The position numbers and the translations under genes were made by a program. A model generated the notes under the pieces. That model was given only the letters and a program-made list of their open reading frames with translations, had not been told where the DNA came from and did not search any database. DNA of 41,390 nt from Candidatus Woesearchaeota archaeon (GTDB lineage: Archaea; Nanobdellota; Nanobdellia; SCGC-AAA011-G17; UBA489), in NCBI GenBank assembly GCA_016177265.1, contig JACOVP010000005.1, forward strand, positions 1-41,390, read 5' to 3'. Shown here piece by piece: positions 1 through 9,078 of the stretch (position 1 is its first letter; each line of letters starts with the position of its first letter).

Positions 1-2
1 AT

Positions 3-1262
3 AATTTTCTCATGTGTTTCAAAAACAATCCGTACTACCGAGTTGTTGGTTTCACTCAATCACAGATTCCAGGCATAGAGAAGCGTTCCTTTCCTAAAAA
101 ATTAGCAGGCCGATTATACAAAAAAAACATCCCCTTCTTTCCAGAAGAAAAACTAGCAGAGCTTATTCCAAGATTGAAAGTAGACGATGTCGTTTTGGCG
201 TATTCAGACTTATCGCATCAAGAAGTCATGGACAAAGCATCCATTGCTTTAGCTGCCGGTGCAAATTTTCGATTACTAGGACCAAAGGATACAATGTTAA
301 AATCAAAAAAACCAGTCATTGCTATCACTGCTGTGAGAACAGGCTGTGGAAAATCACCAACATCACGGAAAGTTGCACAGATACTCAAATCGTTCGGTTT
401 AAAAGTTGTCGCTGTCCGTCATCCTATGCCCTACGGTGATTTAAAAGAAGAAGTTGTTGAGCGCTTTGCATCCTACCAAGATCTTAAAAAATACAAATGT
501 ACCATTGAAGAGCGAGAAGAATACGAACCCTGGATTGAACTGCGTATTCCCATCTACGCAGGTGTAGATTATCAAAAAATCCTGAAAAGAGCAGAACAAG
601 AAGCAGACGTGATTATTTGGGATGGTGGCAACAACGACTCCAGTTTTTTTAAGCCAGATTTGAACATTGTCTTAGTTGACCCCCATCGTCCAGGCCATGA
701 ATTGTTATACTATCCTGGTGAAGTTAATTTTCTAAGCGCGGATGTAATTATTATTAGTAAGGTCTCTACAGCGCCAAAAGAAGGTATCACCATAGTCAAG
801 AAAAATATCAGAGAACACAATCCAACAGCAATCGTTATTGAAGCAGATTTGAAATTGCAGATTGATCATCCAGAGCTCATCAAAGGAAAAAAAGTATTAG
901 TAGTAGAAGATGGTCCGACAGTCACTCACGGTGGTATGAGTTATGGCGCAGGTATGCTTGTTGCTCAACGATACAAAGGAAATATTATAGATGGCGAAAA
1001 ACATGCAGTCGGTTCTCTTAAAGAAATTTATAAAAAGTACACTCATCTCAAAAAAATTGTGCCGGCCATGGGCTATTCTCCACACCAGATTAAAGAACTC
1101 GAAGCAACTATCAACAGATCGTCTTGTGATCTCATCATTGATGGAACGCCAGTAAACCTCAGAAAACTGCTCAAGATCAACAAACCCATTGTTTCAGTAA
1201 ACTATATACTAGAGGAACGAGGAAAACCAACCCTAAAGGACATCCTGAAGAGAGTAAGGTAG
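3..1262 (+). CDS. COG2403-family predicted GTPase / cyclic 2,3-diphosphoglycerate synthetase-like protein, 5' end cut by the window edge
   Basis: The frame is open to the window edge. It carries the characteristic motifs AYSDLSH, FRLLGPK, TAVRTGCGKS (P-loop-like), VRHPMPYGD, CTIEEREEYEP and WDGGNND. About 30-40 N-terminal residues appear to be missing. Confidence 0.8.
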   Translation, partial: NFLMCFKNNPYYRVVGFTQSQIPGIEKRSFPKKLAGRLYKKNIPFFPEEKLAELIPRLKVDDVVLAYSDLSHQEVMDKASIALAAGANFRLLGPKDTMLKSKKPVIAITAVRTGCGKSPTSRKVAQILKSFGLKVVAVRHPMPYGDLKEEVVERFASYQDLKKYKCTIEEREEYEPWIELRIPIYAGVDYQKILKRAEQEADVIIWDGGNNDSSFFKPDLNIVLVDPHRPGHELLYYPGEVNFLSADVIIISKVSTAPKEGITIVKKNIREHNPTAIVIEADLKLQIDHPELIKGKKVLVVEDGPTVTHGGMSYGAGMLVAQRYKGNIIDGEKHAVGSLKEIYKKYTHLKKIVPAMGYSPHQIKELEATINRSSCDLIIDGTPVNLRKLLKINKPIVSVNYILEERGKPTLKDILKRVR

Positions 1263-1362
1263 AAAAGTATACATACGTATGAAAAAATATACAACCAAAA
1301 TACAAATATACCGCAAAAGAAATGAAGAAAGAGATAGAAAAAGAAATGACTAAAATAAAGAA

Positions 1363-2295
1363 ATGAAAAAAGACCTGCTCTCCATCAGTGACTTATCCAA
1401 AAGAGAATTTCTTTCATTACTCAAGAAAGCACAGCACCTTAAGAAGTACCCAAAAAAATATCATCACGCCCTCTATGAAAAAACATTAATGACCTATTTC
1501 CAACAGCCATCCCTAAGAACAGAAGTCTCCTTTGATGTTGCCATGTTCCAGATGGGTGGAGAGATTATAGACTATCACGCAGAAACCTCGCCTTGGGCAA
1601 AGGGAAAAGAAGCATTGGAAGACGTGGCAAAAGTCATCTCCAGATACTGCGATATCATCATGATCCGTATGCCTAATCACGAAGACTTAGTCAAGTTTGC
1701 AAAAAACGCTTCCATTCCTGTTATCAATGGACTTACATCACTCGAACACCCTTGTCAGATTGTTGGTGATTTCCTCACGATTCTAGAGAAAAAGAAAAAA
1801 CTTACTAACCTAAAGCTAGCATATGTCGGAGACGCCAACAATAATGTCACCCATTCATTGATGCTTGCCTGTGCTCTTTTTGGTCTTGACATGAGTATTA
1901 GTTGCCCAGCATTAGAAGAATTTTTACCACAACCATCTCTTGTGAAGCAAGCAAAAACTATCGCGCAAAAAACCGGTGTAAACATCACCATCACAGCAAA
2001 TCCAAGAGAAGCTGCTCAGAACAGCGATATTCTCTACACAGATTCATTCATGTCCTACCACATCCCAAAATCACAGGAAAAGAGAAGAGTAAAACTGCTC
2101 AAACCATTCCAAGTTAATCAGGAACTTATAAAATATGCGAAGAAAAATGCAATCTTCATGCACTGTCTTCCAGCAAAGCGTGGCTATGAGGTAACAGCAG
2201 ATGTGATTGACGGGAAACAATCCGTTGTCTTTGACCAAGCAGAAAATCGATTGCATGCGCAAAAAGCAATTATCCTGCATCTCATGCACAAATAA
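1363..2295 (+). CDS. Ornithine-carbamoyltransferase-family transcarbamylase with atypical substrate-loop motifs
   Basis: At 310 aa it has the HPCQ and FMHCLPAKRGYEV (HCLP) transcarbamylase motifs. The carbamoyl-phosphate loop reads SLRTE instead of STRTR, and the SMG loop is replaced (TDSFMSYH). Confidence 0.8.
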   Translation: MKKDLLSISDLSKREFLSLLKKAQHLKKYPKKYHHALYEKTLMTYFQQPSLRTEVSFDVAMFQMGGEIIDYHAETSPWAKGKEALEDVAKVISRYCDIIMIRMPNHEDLVKFAKNASIPVINGLTSLEHPCQIVGDFLTILEKKKKLTNLKLAYVGDANNNVTHSLMLACALFGLDMSISCPALEEFLPQPSLVKQAKTIAQKTGVNITITANPREAAQNSDILYTDSFMSYHIPKSQEKRRVKLLKPFQVNQELIKYAKKNAIFMHCLPAKRGYEVTADVIDGKQSVVFDQAENRLHAQKAIILHLMHK

Positions 2296-2298
2296 AAA

Positions 2299-2853
2299 TC
2301 ATGAAACTTCTATTACAATATCATCATTAAATTGTAAATTCTCAGGAAGAAAAAAAGGTAGATAAGGCTCTTTTAGTTCTACCAAAGCCCGTCCATTAGG
2401 AAGTGCTTGAATAGCTACTACGTATTTACTAACATAACGACCCAATGCTTCTCCATCTTGATAGAAAAACCGAAGATGTCTCACATGATCTGGTTCAAAC
2501 TTAGTAACCCGTGGTAAGGAAAGAAAATGATGAATAATGGTAGTTAAATTCATATCCCGAATAATGGGTGATTGTTGTCTTCTTTGTTTTAAGAGAGGAT
2601 TATTTTGAATATACACTGGATCAGAAAAGGATGGTTTAGCACGCCCCAAAACTTCTTGTTCATACTGTCTTAGTGCAGCAACCTCATAAGCCCGAAAAAA
2701 TCCTCCCTGTCGTTTAATAAGGGTTTCTATAGCATCCACAATCCATTGAGAGAATGTATCTCGCTGCTCTTTAGTTGAAGCATGAAGTTCTGGAATAACA
2801 ATGCTTTTCTTATCTCTTTCCAAAAGATCTACCAAGGAAATGGGCTTGACCAT
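2299..2853 (-). CDS. Hypothetical protein
   Basis: The long ORF has an ATG at 2853, and a TATA-like box (2876-2884) sits about 27 nt upstream. The track start at 2865 is TTG. I recognise no motifs. Confidence 0.55.
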   Translation of the reverse strand: MVKPISLVDLLERDKKSIVIPELHASTKEQRDTFSQWIVDAIETLIKRQGGFFRAYEVAALRQYEQEVLGRAKPSFSDPVYIQNNPLLKQRRQQSPIIRDMNLTTIIHHFLSLPRVTKFEPDHVRHLRFFYQDGEALGRYVSKYVVAIQALPNGRALVELKEPYLPFFLPENLQFNDDIVIEVS

Positions 2854-2875
2854 AAAGCTCAGCAAAAAGAAGGAC

Positions 2876-2884
2876 TATATAAAA
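2876..2884 (-). promoter_or_regulatory. TATA-like box for the 2299..2853 gene
   Basis: TTTTATATA on the minus strand lies about 27 nt upstream of ATG 2853. Confidence 0.4.
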
Positions 2885-2985
2885 GTTATTATAAAAAGTA
2901 GTCGCTTGGAAAGGACAGTATGCTAAAGGAAGAGAAAAGGTTATTAAAGAGTTAAATGTTGGTTGTAAAGGAAAAAAGAGGTACC

Positions 2986-4455
2986 ATGAAAGAGTTTGGC
3001 TTGTATATAAATGGAAAATGGACGCCTTCCACAAGTAAAAAGACCTTTCCAACCATCAATCCTGCTAAAAAGAATCAAGTGCTTGCTCAGTGTGCTGCAG
3101 GTACTAGGGAAGATGTAGAGAAAGCAGTCTATGCTGCAGAAAAAGCATTACCAGCATGGAAAAAGATGCCTGCTCCGCGTCGTGGTGAGGTATTGTTAGA
3201 AGTAGCTTCCTTATTGAAAAAAAGAAAGCAAAAGTTAGGTGAACTCGTTACAACAGAAATGGGAAAAGTGTTGAAGGAAGGACTTGGTGATGTCCAGGAA
3301 GCTATTGATATTTTCGAATACATGGCAGGTGAAGGACGAAGATTATTTGGGCATACTACTCCTTCTGAATTAAAAAATAAATTCTGCTGCACTATTCGCC
3401 AACCTATTGGTGTTGTTGGCTTAATCACACCTTGGAACTTTCCCTTTGCAATTCCAGCTTGGAAACTAGCTCCTGCATTAATCTGTGGTAATACCATTGT
3501 CTTCAAACCATCATCAGATACGCCTTTGTGTGCAATTGAATTGATAAAAATACTTGAAGAGGCTGGCATTCCTCCTGGTGTTGTGAATATGGTAACAGGT
3601 TCAGGTGAAGATGTTGGTACTTCAATTATCACGCATAAACGTATTCAGGGTTTATCATTTACTGGTTCTCGTGAAACTGGTGAATTTATTGCAAGACAAT
3701 CAGGATTAAAAAAAGTTGGATTAGAGTTAGGTGGTAAAAATGCAATTATTATTATGGATGACGCTGATTTAGATTTAGCTCTGGAAGGAGTCCTCTGGGG
3801 AGCTTTTGGAACTACAGGTCAGCGTTGCACTGCCTGCTCTCGTGTTATTATTCATAAAAATGTGCAAAAAGAATTTGAAGAAAAACTGCTTGCAAGAGTC
3901 AAAAAACTAAAACTTGGGAGTGGTCTAGATCCAAAAACTGATGTTGGTCCTTTAATTGCGCATCGTGCTATCTTGAAAACACACATGTACACAGAAATTG
4001 GCAAAAAAGAAGGTGCTAAATTGTTATGTGGCGGATACTCAGTTAAGTCTTCAGGGTTCTTTTATGCTCCAACTATTTTTACAAATGTCAAGCCACACAT
4101 GCGGATTGCCCGTGAAGAAATCTTCGGTCCAACCTTATCTATCTTAAAAGCGAATGATCTCAAAGAAGCTATTCAAATTTGTAATAGTATTGAGTATGGA
4201 TTAAGTTCTTCTATGTACACACAAAATATTAATAATGCTTTCAGAGCCATAGAACGGATAGAAGCAGGCATTACCTATGTCAATGCATCTACTATAGGCG
4301 CAGAAGTTCATCTACCTTTTGGTGGTGTAAAAGCTACTGGAAACGGAACAAGAGAAGCTGGATGGACAGGAATCGAAGAATTTTCAGAAGAAAAAACAAT
4401 ATATATAGATTATTCTGGTAAATTGCAGAAAGCGCAGATTGATATTGAGGAGTAA
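2986..4455 (+). CDS. NAD(P)+-dependent aldehyde dehydrogenase
   Basis: It contains the ALDH motifs ELGGKN, the catalytic Cys region FGTTGQRCTACSR, and PFGG near the C-terminus. AGAGGT lies 4 nt upstream of ATG 2986. An alternative ATG occurs at 2956. Confidence 0.9.
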   Translation: MKEFGLYINGKWTPSTSKKTFPTINPAKKNQVLAQCAAGTREDVEKAVYAAEKALPAWKKMPAPRRGEVLLEVASLLKKRKQKLGELVTTEMGKVLKEGLGDVQEAIDIFEYMAGEGRRLFGHTTPSELKNKFCCTIRQPIGVVGLITPWNFPFAIPAWKLAPALICGNTIVFKPSSDTPLCAIELIKILEEAGIPPGVVNMVTGSGEDVGTSIITHKRIQGLSFTGSRETGEFIARQSGLKKVGLELGGKNAIIIMDDADLDLALEGVLWGAFGTTGQRCTACSRVIIHKNVQKEFEEKLLARVKKLKLGSGLDPKTDVGPLIAHRAILKTHMYTEIGKKEGAKLLCGGYSVKSSGFFYAPTIFTNVKPHMRIAREEIFGPTLSILKANDLKEAIQICNSIEYGLSSSMYTQNINNAFRAIERIEAGITYVNASTIGAEVHLPFGGVKATGNGTREAGWTGIEEFSEEKTIYIDYSGKLQKAQIDIEE

Positions 4456-4458
4456 ATT

Positions 4459-5568
4459 ATGAATTTTAAAAAAGAAGCAATAAAACTTCACGAAGGGCTC
4501 AAAGGTAAAATAGAAATCAAACCAAAGATAAAAGTAAATCAAAAAATCCTTTCTCTTATCTACACACCCGGTGTAGCGGAAATTGTTCGATTAATTCATA
4601 AAAATAAAGCAGATGTCTATAAATATACGGGCAGGGGCAATACCATCGCCATCATCTCTGACGGTTCTCGAGTGCTTGGTCTTGGTAATCAAGGTGCAGA
4701 AGCAGCCCTTCCAGTCATGGAAGGAAAAGCTTTGATCTACAAAACGTTTGGTAATGTTAATGCCATTCCTCTTTGTCTGAAAACACAAGATGCACAAGAG
4801 ATTATTAAAATAGTAGAAAATCTAGCCCCTAATTTCGGTGCTATCAACATTGAAGATATAGAGTCACCAAAATGTTTTGAAATCGTAGAAGCATTAACAC
4901 AACGTCTCGATACTCCCGTCTTTCATGACGACCAACATGGAACAGCAGTCGTTACGGTCGCGGGTTTACTCAACGCATTAAAGGTTGTCAAGAAAAAATT
5001 GGAAATGGTAAAGATAGTCATCCTTGGTGCCGGTGCAGCCGGCTATGGTATTATGACATTACTCCATTATGCTGGTGCTAGAAATATGTTAGTGCTAGAC
5101 AGTCAAGGTATTATCTATGAAGATCGTGCTAACTTAAATAAATACAAAGAGCATATAGCAAGAATAACTAATCCTAGAAGAGAAAGAGGACGACTAGGAG
5201 ATGCTCTGAAAAATGGTGATGTTTTCATCGGCGTTTCAGGGCAAAAAAATATCCTCACGCAGAAGCAGATGAAGAGCATGAAAAAACACCCCATAATCTT
5301 TGCTCTCTCCAATCCAGATCCGGAAATCATGCCACAAGAAGCAAGAAAAGGTGGTGCAGCTGTTATTGCAACAGGCAGAAGTGACATAAAAAATCAGATT
5401 AATAATGACATTTGTTTTCCCTTTATTATGCGAAAAATATTGGACGAACATCGAAAAAAAATTGATGAATTATTCTTATATGCAACTGCAAAAAAAATTG
5501 CAAGCACTGTGAAAAAAGTAAGAGCAGACAAAATTATCCCAACAATTAATGAAATGAAACCGCTCTAA
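4459..5568 (+). CDS. Malic enzyme (NAD(P)-dependent, decarboxylating, short form)
   Basis: The motifs YTPGVA, GLGNQG, FHDDQHGTA, the GAGAAG Rossmann loop and ALSNPDPEI are present. The start lies 3 nt after the ALDH stop. Confidence 0.9.
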   Translation: MNFKKEAIKLHEGLKGKIEIKPKIKVNQKILSLIYTPGVAEIVRLIHKNKADVYKYTGRGNTIAIISDGSRVLGLGNQGAEAALPVMEGKALIYKTFGNVNAIPLCLKTQDAQEIIKIVENLAPNFGAINIEDIESPKCFEIVEALTQRLDTPVFHDDQHGTAVVTVAGLLNALKVVKKKLEMVKIVILGAGAAGYGIMTLLHYAGARNMLVLDSQGIIYEDRANLNKYKEHIARITNPRRERGRLGDALKNGDVFIGVSGQKNILTQKQMKSMKKHPIIFALSNPDPEIMPQEARKGGAAVIATGRSDIKNQINNDICFPFIMRKILDEHRKKIDELFLYATAKKIASTVKKVRADKIIPTINEMKPL

Positions 5569-5569
5569 T

Positions 5570-6589
5570 TCATAATCGGTTGACTATAGCCTCAGTCATT
5601 CGTGTTGTGCTAACAGGTTTTCTCCTTGCAATATCATATGTCACGTATTTTCCTTCTTTGATAACAGCCTTCGTTGCTCTTTCCAAAGCACTTGCTGCTT
5701 TCTCTTCTCCTACAAAGCGAAGCATGAGCGCCCCTGCAAGAATGGCTGCTGTCGGATTCACTTTATGTTTGCCCGCATACTTAGGAGCAGAACCATGCAC
5801 TGGCTCAAAGATAGCCCCTCGTTCTCCGATGTTCGCAGAAGGCAGAAGCCCTAGTCCACCAACTAAACCAGCACAAAGATCAGAGAGGATATCGCCATAG
5901 AGATTAGGACAGAGCAAGACATCATAATCTTGCGGTTTCATAACTAGCTGCATTGCCATAGCGTCTACAATACGATCCTCAAAGTAAATTCGTGGGTAAT
6001 GTTCTGAGACATGCCGAGCAATGGCTAAGAATAAACCGTCAGTTGCTTTCAAAATGTTTGCCTTATGCACACAAGTGATCTTCTTTCTGTGATGATTTTG
6101 GGCATAGGTAAAAGCAAAGTGTGCAATTCTTTTAGTGTTTCGTTCAGAGATAACTTTCAAGGAAACTGCTGTATCTCTTGGTAATCCCTTGAATGTTCCT
6201 TTTTTAAATTCTATACCAGCATACAAATCTTCAAGATTTTCTCTAATCACAATAAGATCGACAGCGTTATAGGGTGTTCTTACGCCAGGAAGTGATGTTG
6301 CAGGGCGTACATTGGCAAAAAGATCCAAAGCTTGTCGTAGTTGCACATTTACTGAACGAAATCCTTCTCCCACAGGTGTCGTTACAGGTCCTTTCAGAGC
6401 AACTTTATTTCGTTTGATAACAGCCAGCGCTTCTCTTGGTAGCTCACTTCCATATTTTTTCTTTGCTCCGCTACCTAGCTGAACAACATCCCATTGAACA
6501 CGAACACCAGTAGCCTCAATGCATCGCACTGCAGCAGCTGTAACCTCAGGTCCAACTCCATCACCAGGAATTAGAGTAAGATGATGCAT
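5570..6589 (-). CDS. icd: Isocitrate/homoisocitrate dehydrogenase (beta-decarboxylating dehydrogenase family)
   Basis: It contains IPGDGVGPEV, the substrate loop FRSVNVQLRQ, NLYGDILSD and HGSAP. The start abuts the prpD-like stop with zero spacer. Confidence 0.85.
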   Translation of the reverse strand: MHHLTLIPGDGVGPEVTAAAVRCIEATGVRVQWDVVQLGSGAKKKYGSELPREALAVIKRNKVALKGPVTTPVGEGFRSVNVQLRQALDLFANVRPATSLPGVRTPYNAVDLIVIRENLEDLYAGIEFKKGTFKGLPRDTAVSLKVISERNTKRIAHFAFTYAQNHHRKKITCVHKANILKATDGLFLAIARHVSEHYPRIYFEDRIVDAMAMQLVMKPQDYDVLLCPNLYGDILSDLCAGLVGGLGLLPSANIGERGAIFEPVHGSAPKYAGKHKVNPTAAILAGALMLRFVGEEKAASALERATKAVIKEGKYVTYDIARRKPVSTTRMTEAIVNRL

Positions 6590-7903
6590 TTACTTAAGCA
6601 CCTGCATCAACGGTAGTATCGTTTTTTGCTTGTCTAAAGTCCAAAGAAACTGTAAGAGCCGGTGTTGTTTCACTGAAGAGAGAATGGGCTTGGTCAAAGT
6701 TTTAAATTTTTCTTCAATTTCCGCATCCGACATGCGATTACGAGGATGTCCTCGATGGTGATCAACCCTTTTTTCTACTGTCTCTCCAGAGGTGAGGTAT
6801 ACGCGAACAATATTTGCTGCAACTTTTGGATAAAGATCAGTAAGATGTTGATTTTCTGAAACAGAAATCTTTTTTACCAATGCAAGCAAACGCTTGTCGC
6901 GAAATCTTCTCGGTGTAAAAGTATGTCTATCAATAGTGCCATCCATCAGTGCCGCACCAACAACGTAGGGGATACTATGGTCAGCTGTCTCTCTCGTGTT
7001 TGGTTGCCATTTTTCTTTCCCCCTACCAATAATAGTATAGCCTGCCTCATGTGTTTCTACCAAAATACGATCGATATCTGTAACAGAAACTTGTGGTCGC
7101 AACTCTAGAGTAGCTTGGATTGCACTCTGTGAATGAACCTCTGCTGGCCATTTTTTAATCCAGCAGTCAAGGATTTTGAAATGACTTTTCTTCTTGCCAA
7201 ACAAAGTCGTGTCTAAAGACCAAGAGTCTTGTTGGGTCTGTCGAATAAGGCCGTATGTTCCTTCAAAAACGTCATTCGGTCCTGTCATGCCAAGTTTCGC
7301 AAGGTGCGCCGCAAAGAGAGCATTTCGGGCAACATTTGCAAAGGCGCATGCTTTCCACATACTCAGCTCTGTTCCCTCGCGAACTTGCCGGGTAGAAAGA
7401 TAAGTGGGAACTGTAAGGTTGATAACTTGTGTCAACTGAGCTGCTGAAAGTCCCATGAGTTTTCCTGCTGCTAATCCCGATGACACCAACCCATAAATAA
7501 CATGATCCCATCCATGAGCTCGTAAACTCGCTGCATCACATAATCTACATTGTAACTCATAAGCCAAGGCTGTAGCAAGAATAACATTCTTCCCATGTGC
7601 TTTCGTTGCTTCGGCTACTCCCAAAACCGCCCCAATATTGTCTGATGGATGTGCTGGTTCTTTCGCTAGATAACTATCATTATAATCGAAATAGCGAATC
7701 ATGGTTCCATAGAGAAAAGCGCGGAGTGGAGGTATGTTGATTCGTGCAGCTTGACGTACAATCTGTACAGGTGCAGCATCTTTCGCAGCTAATGCACATC
7801 CCACAGCATCAATAAAATGGCGCTTCACCTGATGAACAACATCGTCAGAGAGATCTGCATACGTTAAACGTGCAGCATAAATAGCAAGATCATCAGCTAT
7901 CAT
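6590..7903 (-). CDS. prpD: MmgE/PrpD-family dehydratase (2-methylcitrate dehydratase-like)
   Basis: The 437 aa product has a PrpD-like N-terminus (YAARLTYADLSDDVVHQVKRHFIDAVGCALAA) and typical family length. An ATGA overlap links it to the citrate synthase stop. Confidence 0.8.
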   Translation of the reverse strand: MIADDLAIYAARLTYADLSDDVVHQVKRHFIDAVGCALAAKDAAPVQIVRQAARINIPPLRAFLYGTMIRYFDYNDSYLAKEPAHPSDNIGAVLGVAEATKAHGKNVILATALAYELQCRLCDAASLRAHGWDHVIYGLVSSGLAAGKLMGLSAAQLTQVINLTVPTYLSTRQVREGTELSMWKACAFANVARNALFAAHLAKLGMTGPNDVFEGTYGLIRQTQQDSWSLDTTLFGKKKSHFKILDCWIKKWPAEVHSQSAIQATLELRPQVSVTDIDRILVETHEAGYTIIGRGKEKWQPNTRETADHSIPYVVGAALMDGTIDRHTFTPRRFRDKRLLALVKKISVSENQHLTDLYPKVAANIVRVYLTSGETVEKRVDHHRGHPRNRMSDAEIEEKFKTLTKPILSSVKQHRLLQFLWTLDKQKTILPLMQVLK

Positions 7904-9042
7904 CGTTGCTCAAGAGGAACATATTTCAAGTTATGAGGACCAATATAGAGCGCATTTGGTCGTATAAGACGATTATCAGCATATTGCTCTAAAGCATGCG
8001 CTACCCAACCAGCTATTCTTCCAAGAGCAAAAATTGCTGTAGTGAGCTCAGAGGGGATATCTAAATATTTATACACAGGGCCAGTATAAAAGTCAACGTT
8101 GGGATAAATTGGTTTTCCCAGTTTTTCTACTAGTTCCTTAATCACAACATCTTCAACCTTCGTTGCTATCATATACCATTTTTTGTCTTTCTTAAAGTTA
8201 GCTAATGCTAGTGCAGTCTCTTTGAAGAGTATTGCTCTTGGATCATACGTCTTATAGACACGATGGCCAAAACCCATAATTTTCTGGCCTTGCTTGAGGG
8301 CTCTCTGAATAAAGGCTTCTGCTCGCTCAGGTTTTTGAATTTTGTCTAGCATCTTATAGACTTCAGCTCGAGCTCCGCCATGCAGCGGCCCTTTTAGCGT
8401 ACTAATTCCAGAACAGATAGCAGAGTGGAGATCTGATAAGGTAGATACAGTTACTCGTGTAGTAAATGTAGAAGCATTAAGTTCATGCTCTGCAGTTAAA
8501 ATAAAATCTGTTTCCATAGCGTTCGCCTCAACCTCATTAGGAATTGTGCCACGTAGCATATACAAAAAATTAGCGCCTGATGAAAGATTTAGCATAGGTG
8601 CTATAACCTTCTTTCCTTGCTTCACTCTATAAAAAGCAGCGACGATTGTAGGAAATTTTGCTGCTAATCGTATGCCTTTTCTGATATTGGCCTCAGCACT
8701 GTTGTTGGATAAATCAGGATCACATTGAGCAAGATACGACACTGCAGTTCGCAAAGCATCCATAGCATCAATATGTTTCGCACAAGTTTGGAGAATCCTG
8801 ATAACAGAAGAGTCTATGGTTCGTTCACGTCGTATCTTTTGAGAAAATGCTCTCAGTTCTTTTTGAGTTGGTAAGCGTCCATACCACAGCAGGTACATTA
8901 CTTCTTCAAAGGTAGCAAAACGCGCTATATCTGTAATGTTATATCCGCAGTACTCAAGAATGCCAGCTGCACCATCAATAAAACTCAGTTTCGTTGTTGC
9001 GGCAACAACACCCTCTAACCCTCTTTTAACCTCGTCTGCCAT
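7900..9042 (-). CDS. gltA: Citrate synthase
   Basis: Citrate synthase motifs are present (LHGGA, GFGHRVYKTYDPRA, NVDFYTG). ATG 9042 gives about 380 aa and has a TATA-like box 29 nt upstream. The longer track ORF to 9192 would overlap the divergent gene. Confidence 0.9.
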   Translation of the reverse strand: MADEVKRGLEGVVAATTKLSFIDGAAGILEYCGYNITDIARFATFEEVMYLLWYGRLPTQKELRAFSQKIRRERTIDSSVIRILQTCAKHIDAMDALRTAVSYLAQCDPDLSNNSAEANIRKGIRLAAKFPTIVAAFYRVKQGKKVIAPMLNLSSGANFLYMLRGTIPNEVEANAMETDFILTAEHELNASTFTTRVTVSTLSDLHSAICSGISTLKGPLHGGARAEVYKMLDKIQKPERAEAFIQRALKQGQKIMGFGHRVYKTYDPRAILFKETALALANFKKDKKWYMIATKVEDVVIKELVEKLGKPIYPNVDFYTGPVYKYLDIPSELTTAIFALGRIAGWVAHALEQYADNRLIRPNALYIGPHNLKYVPLEQR

Positions 9043-9049
9043 AGATATG

Positions 9050-9057
9050 TTTATATA
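9050..9057 (+). promoter_or_regulatory. TATA-like box for the comA-like gene
   Basis: TTTATATA is centred about 25 nt upstream of ATG 9079. Confidence 0.45.
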
Positions 9058-9066
9058 GCATGTCTT

Positions 9067-9076
9067 ATTTATAAAG
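9067..9076 (-). promoter_or_regulatory. TATA-like box for citrate synthase
   Basis: CTTTATAAAT on the minus strand is centred about 29 nt upstream of ATG 9042. Confidence 0.45.
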
Positions 9077-9078
9077 GT

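Noticed and set aside
3129-3632. A 167-aa minus-strand ORF lies inside the aldehyde dehydrogenase gene.
   Set aside because: It is antisense to a gene with unambiguous ALDH motifs. The same reasoning applies to the other short antisense ORFs inside well-supported genes throughout the track.
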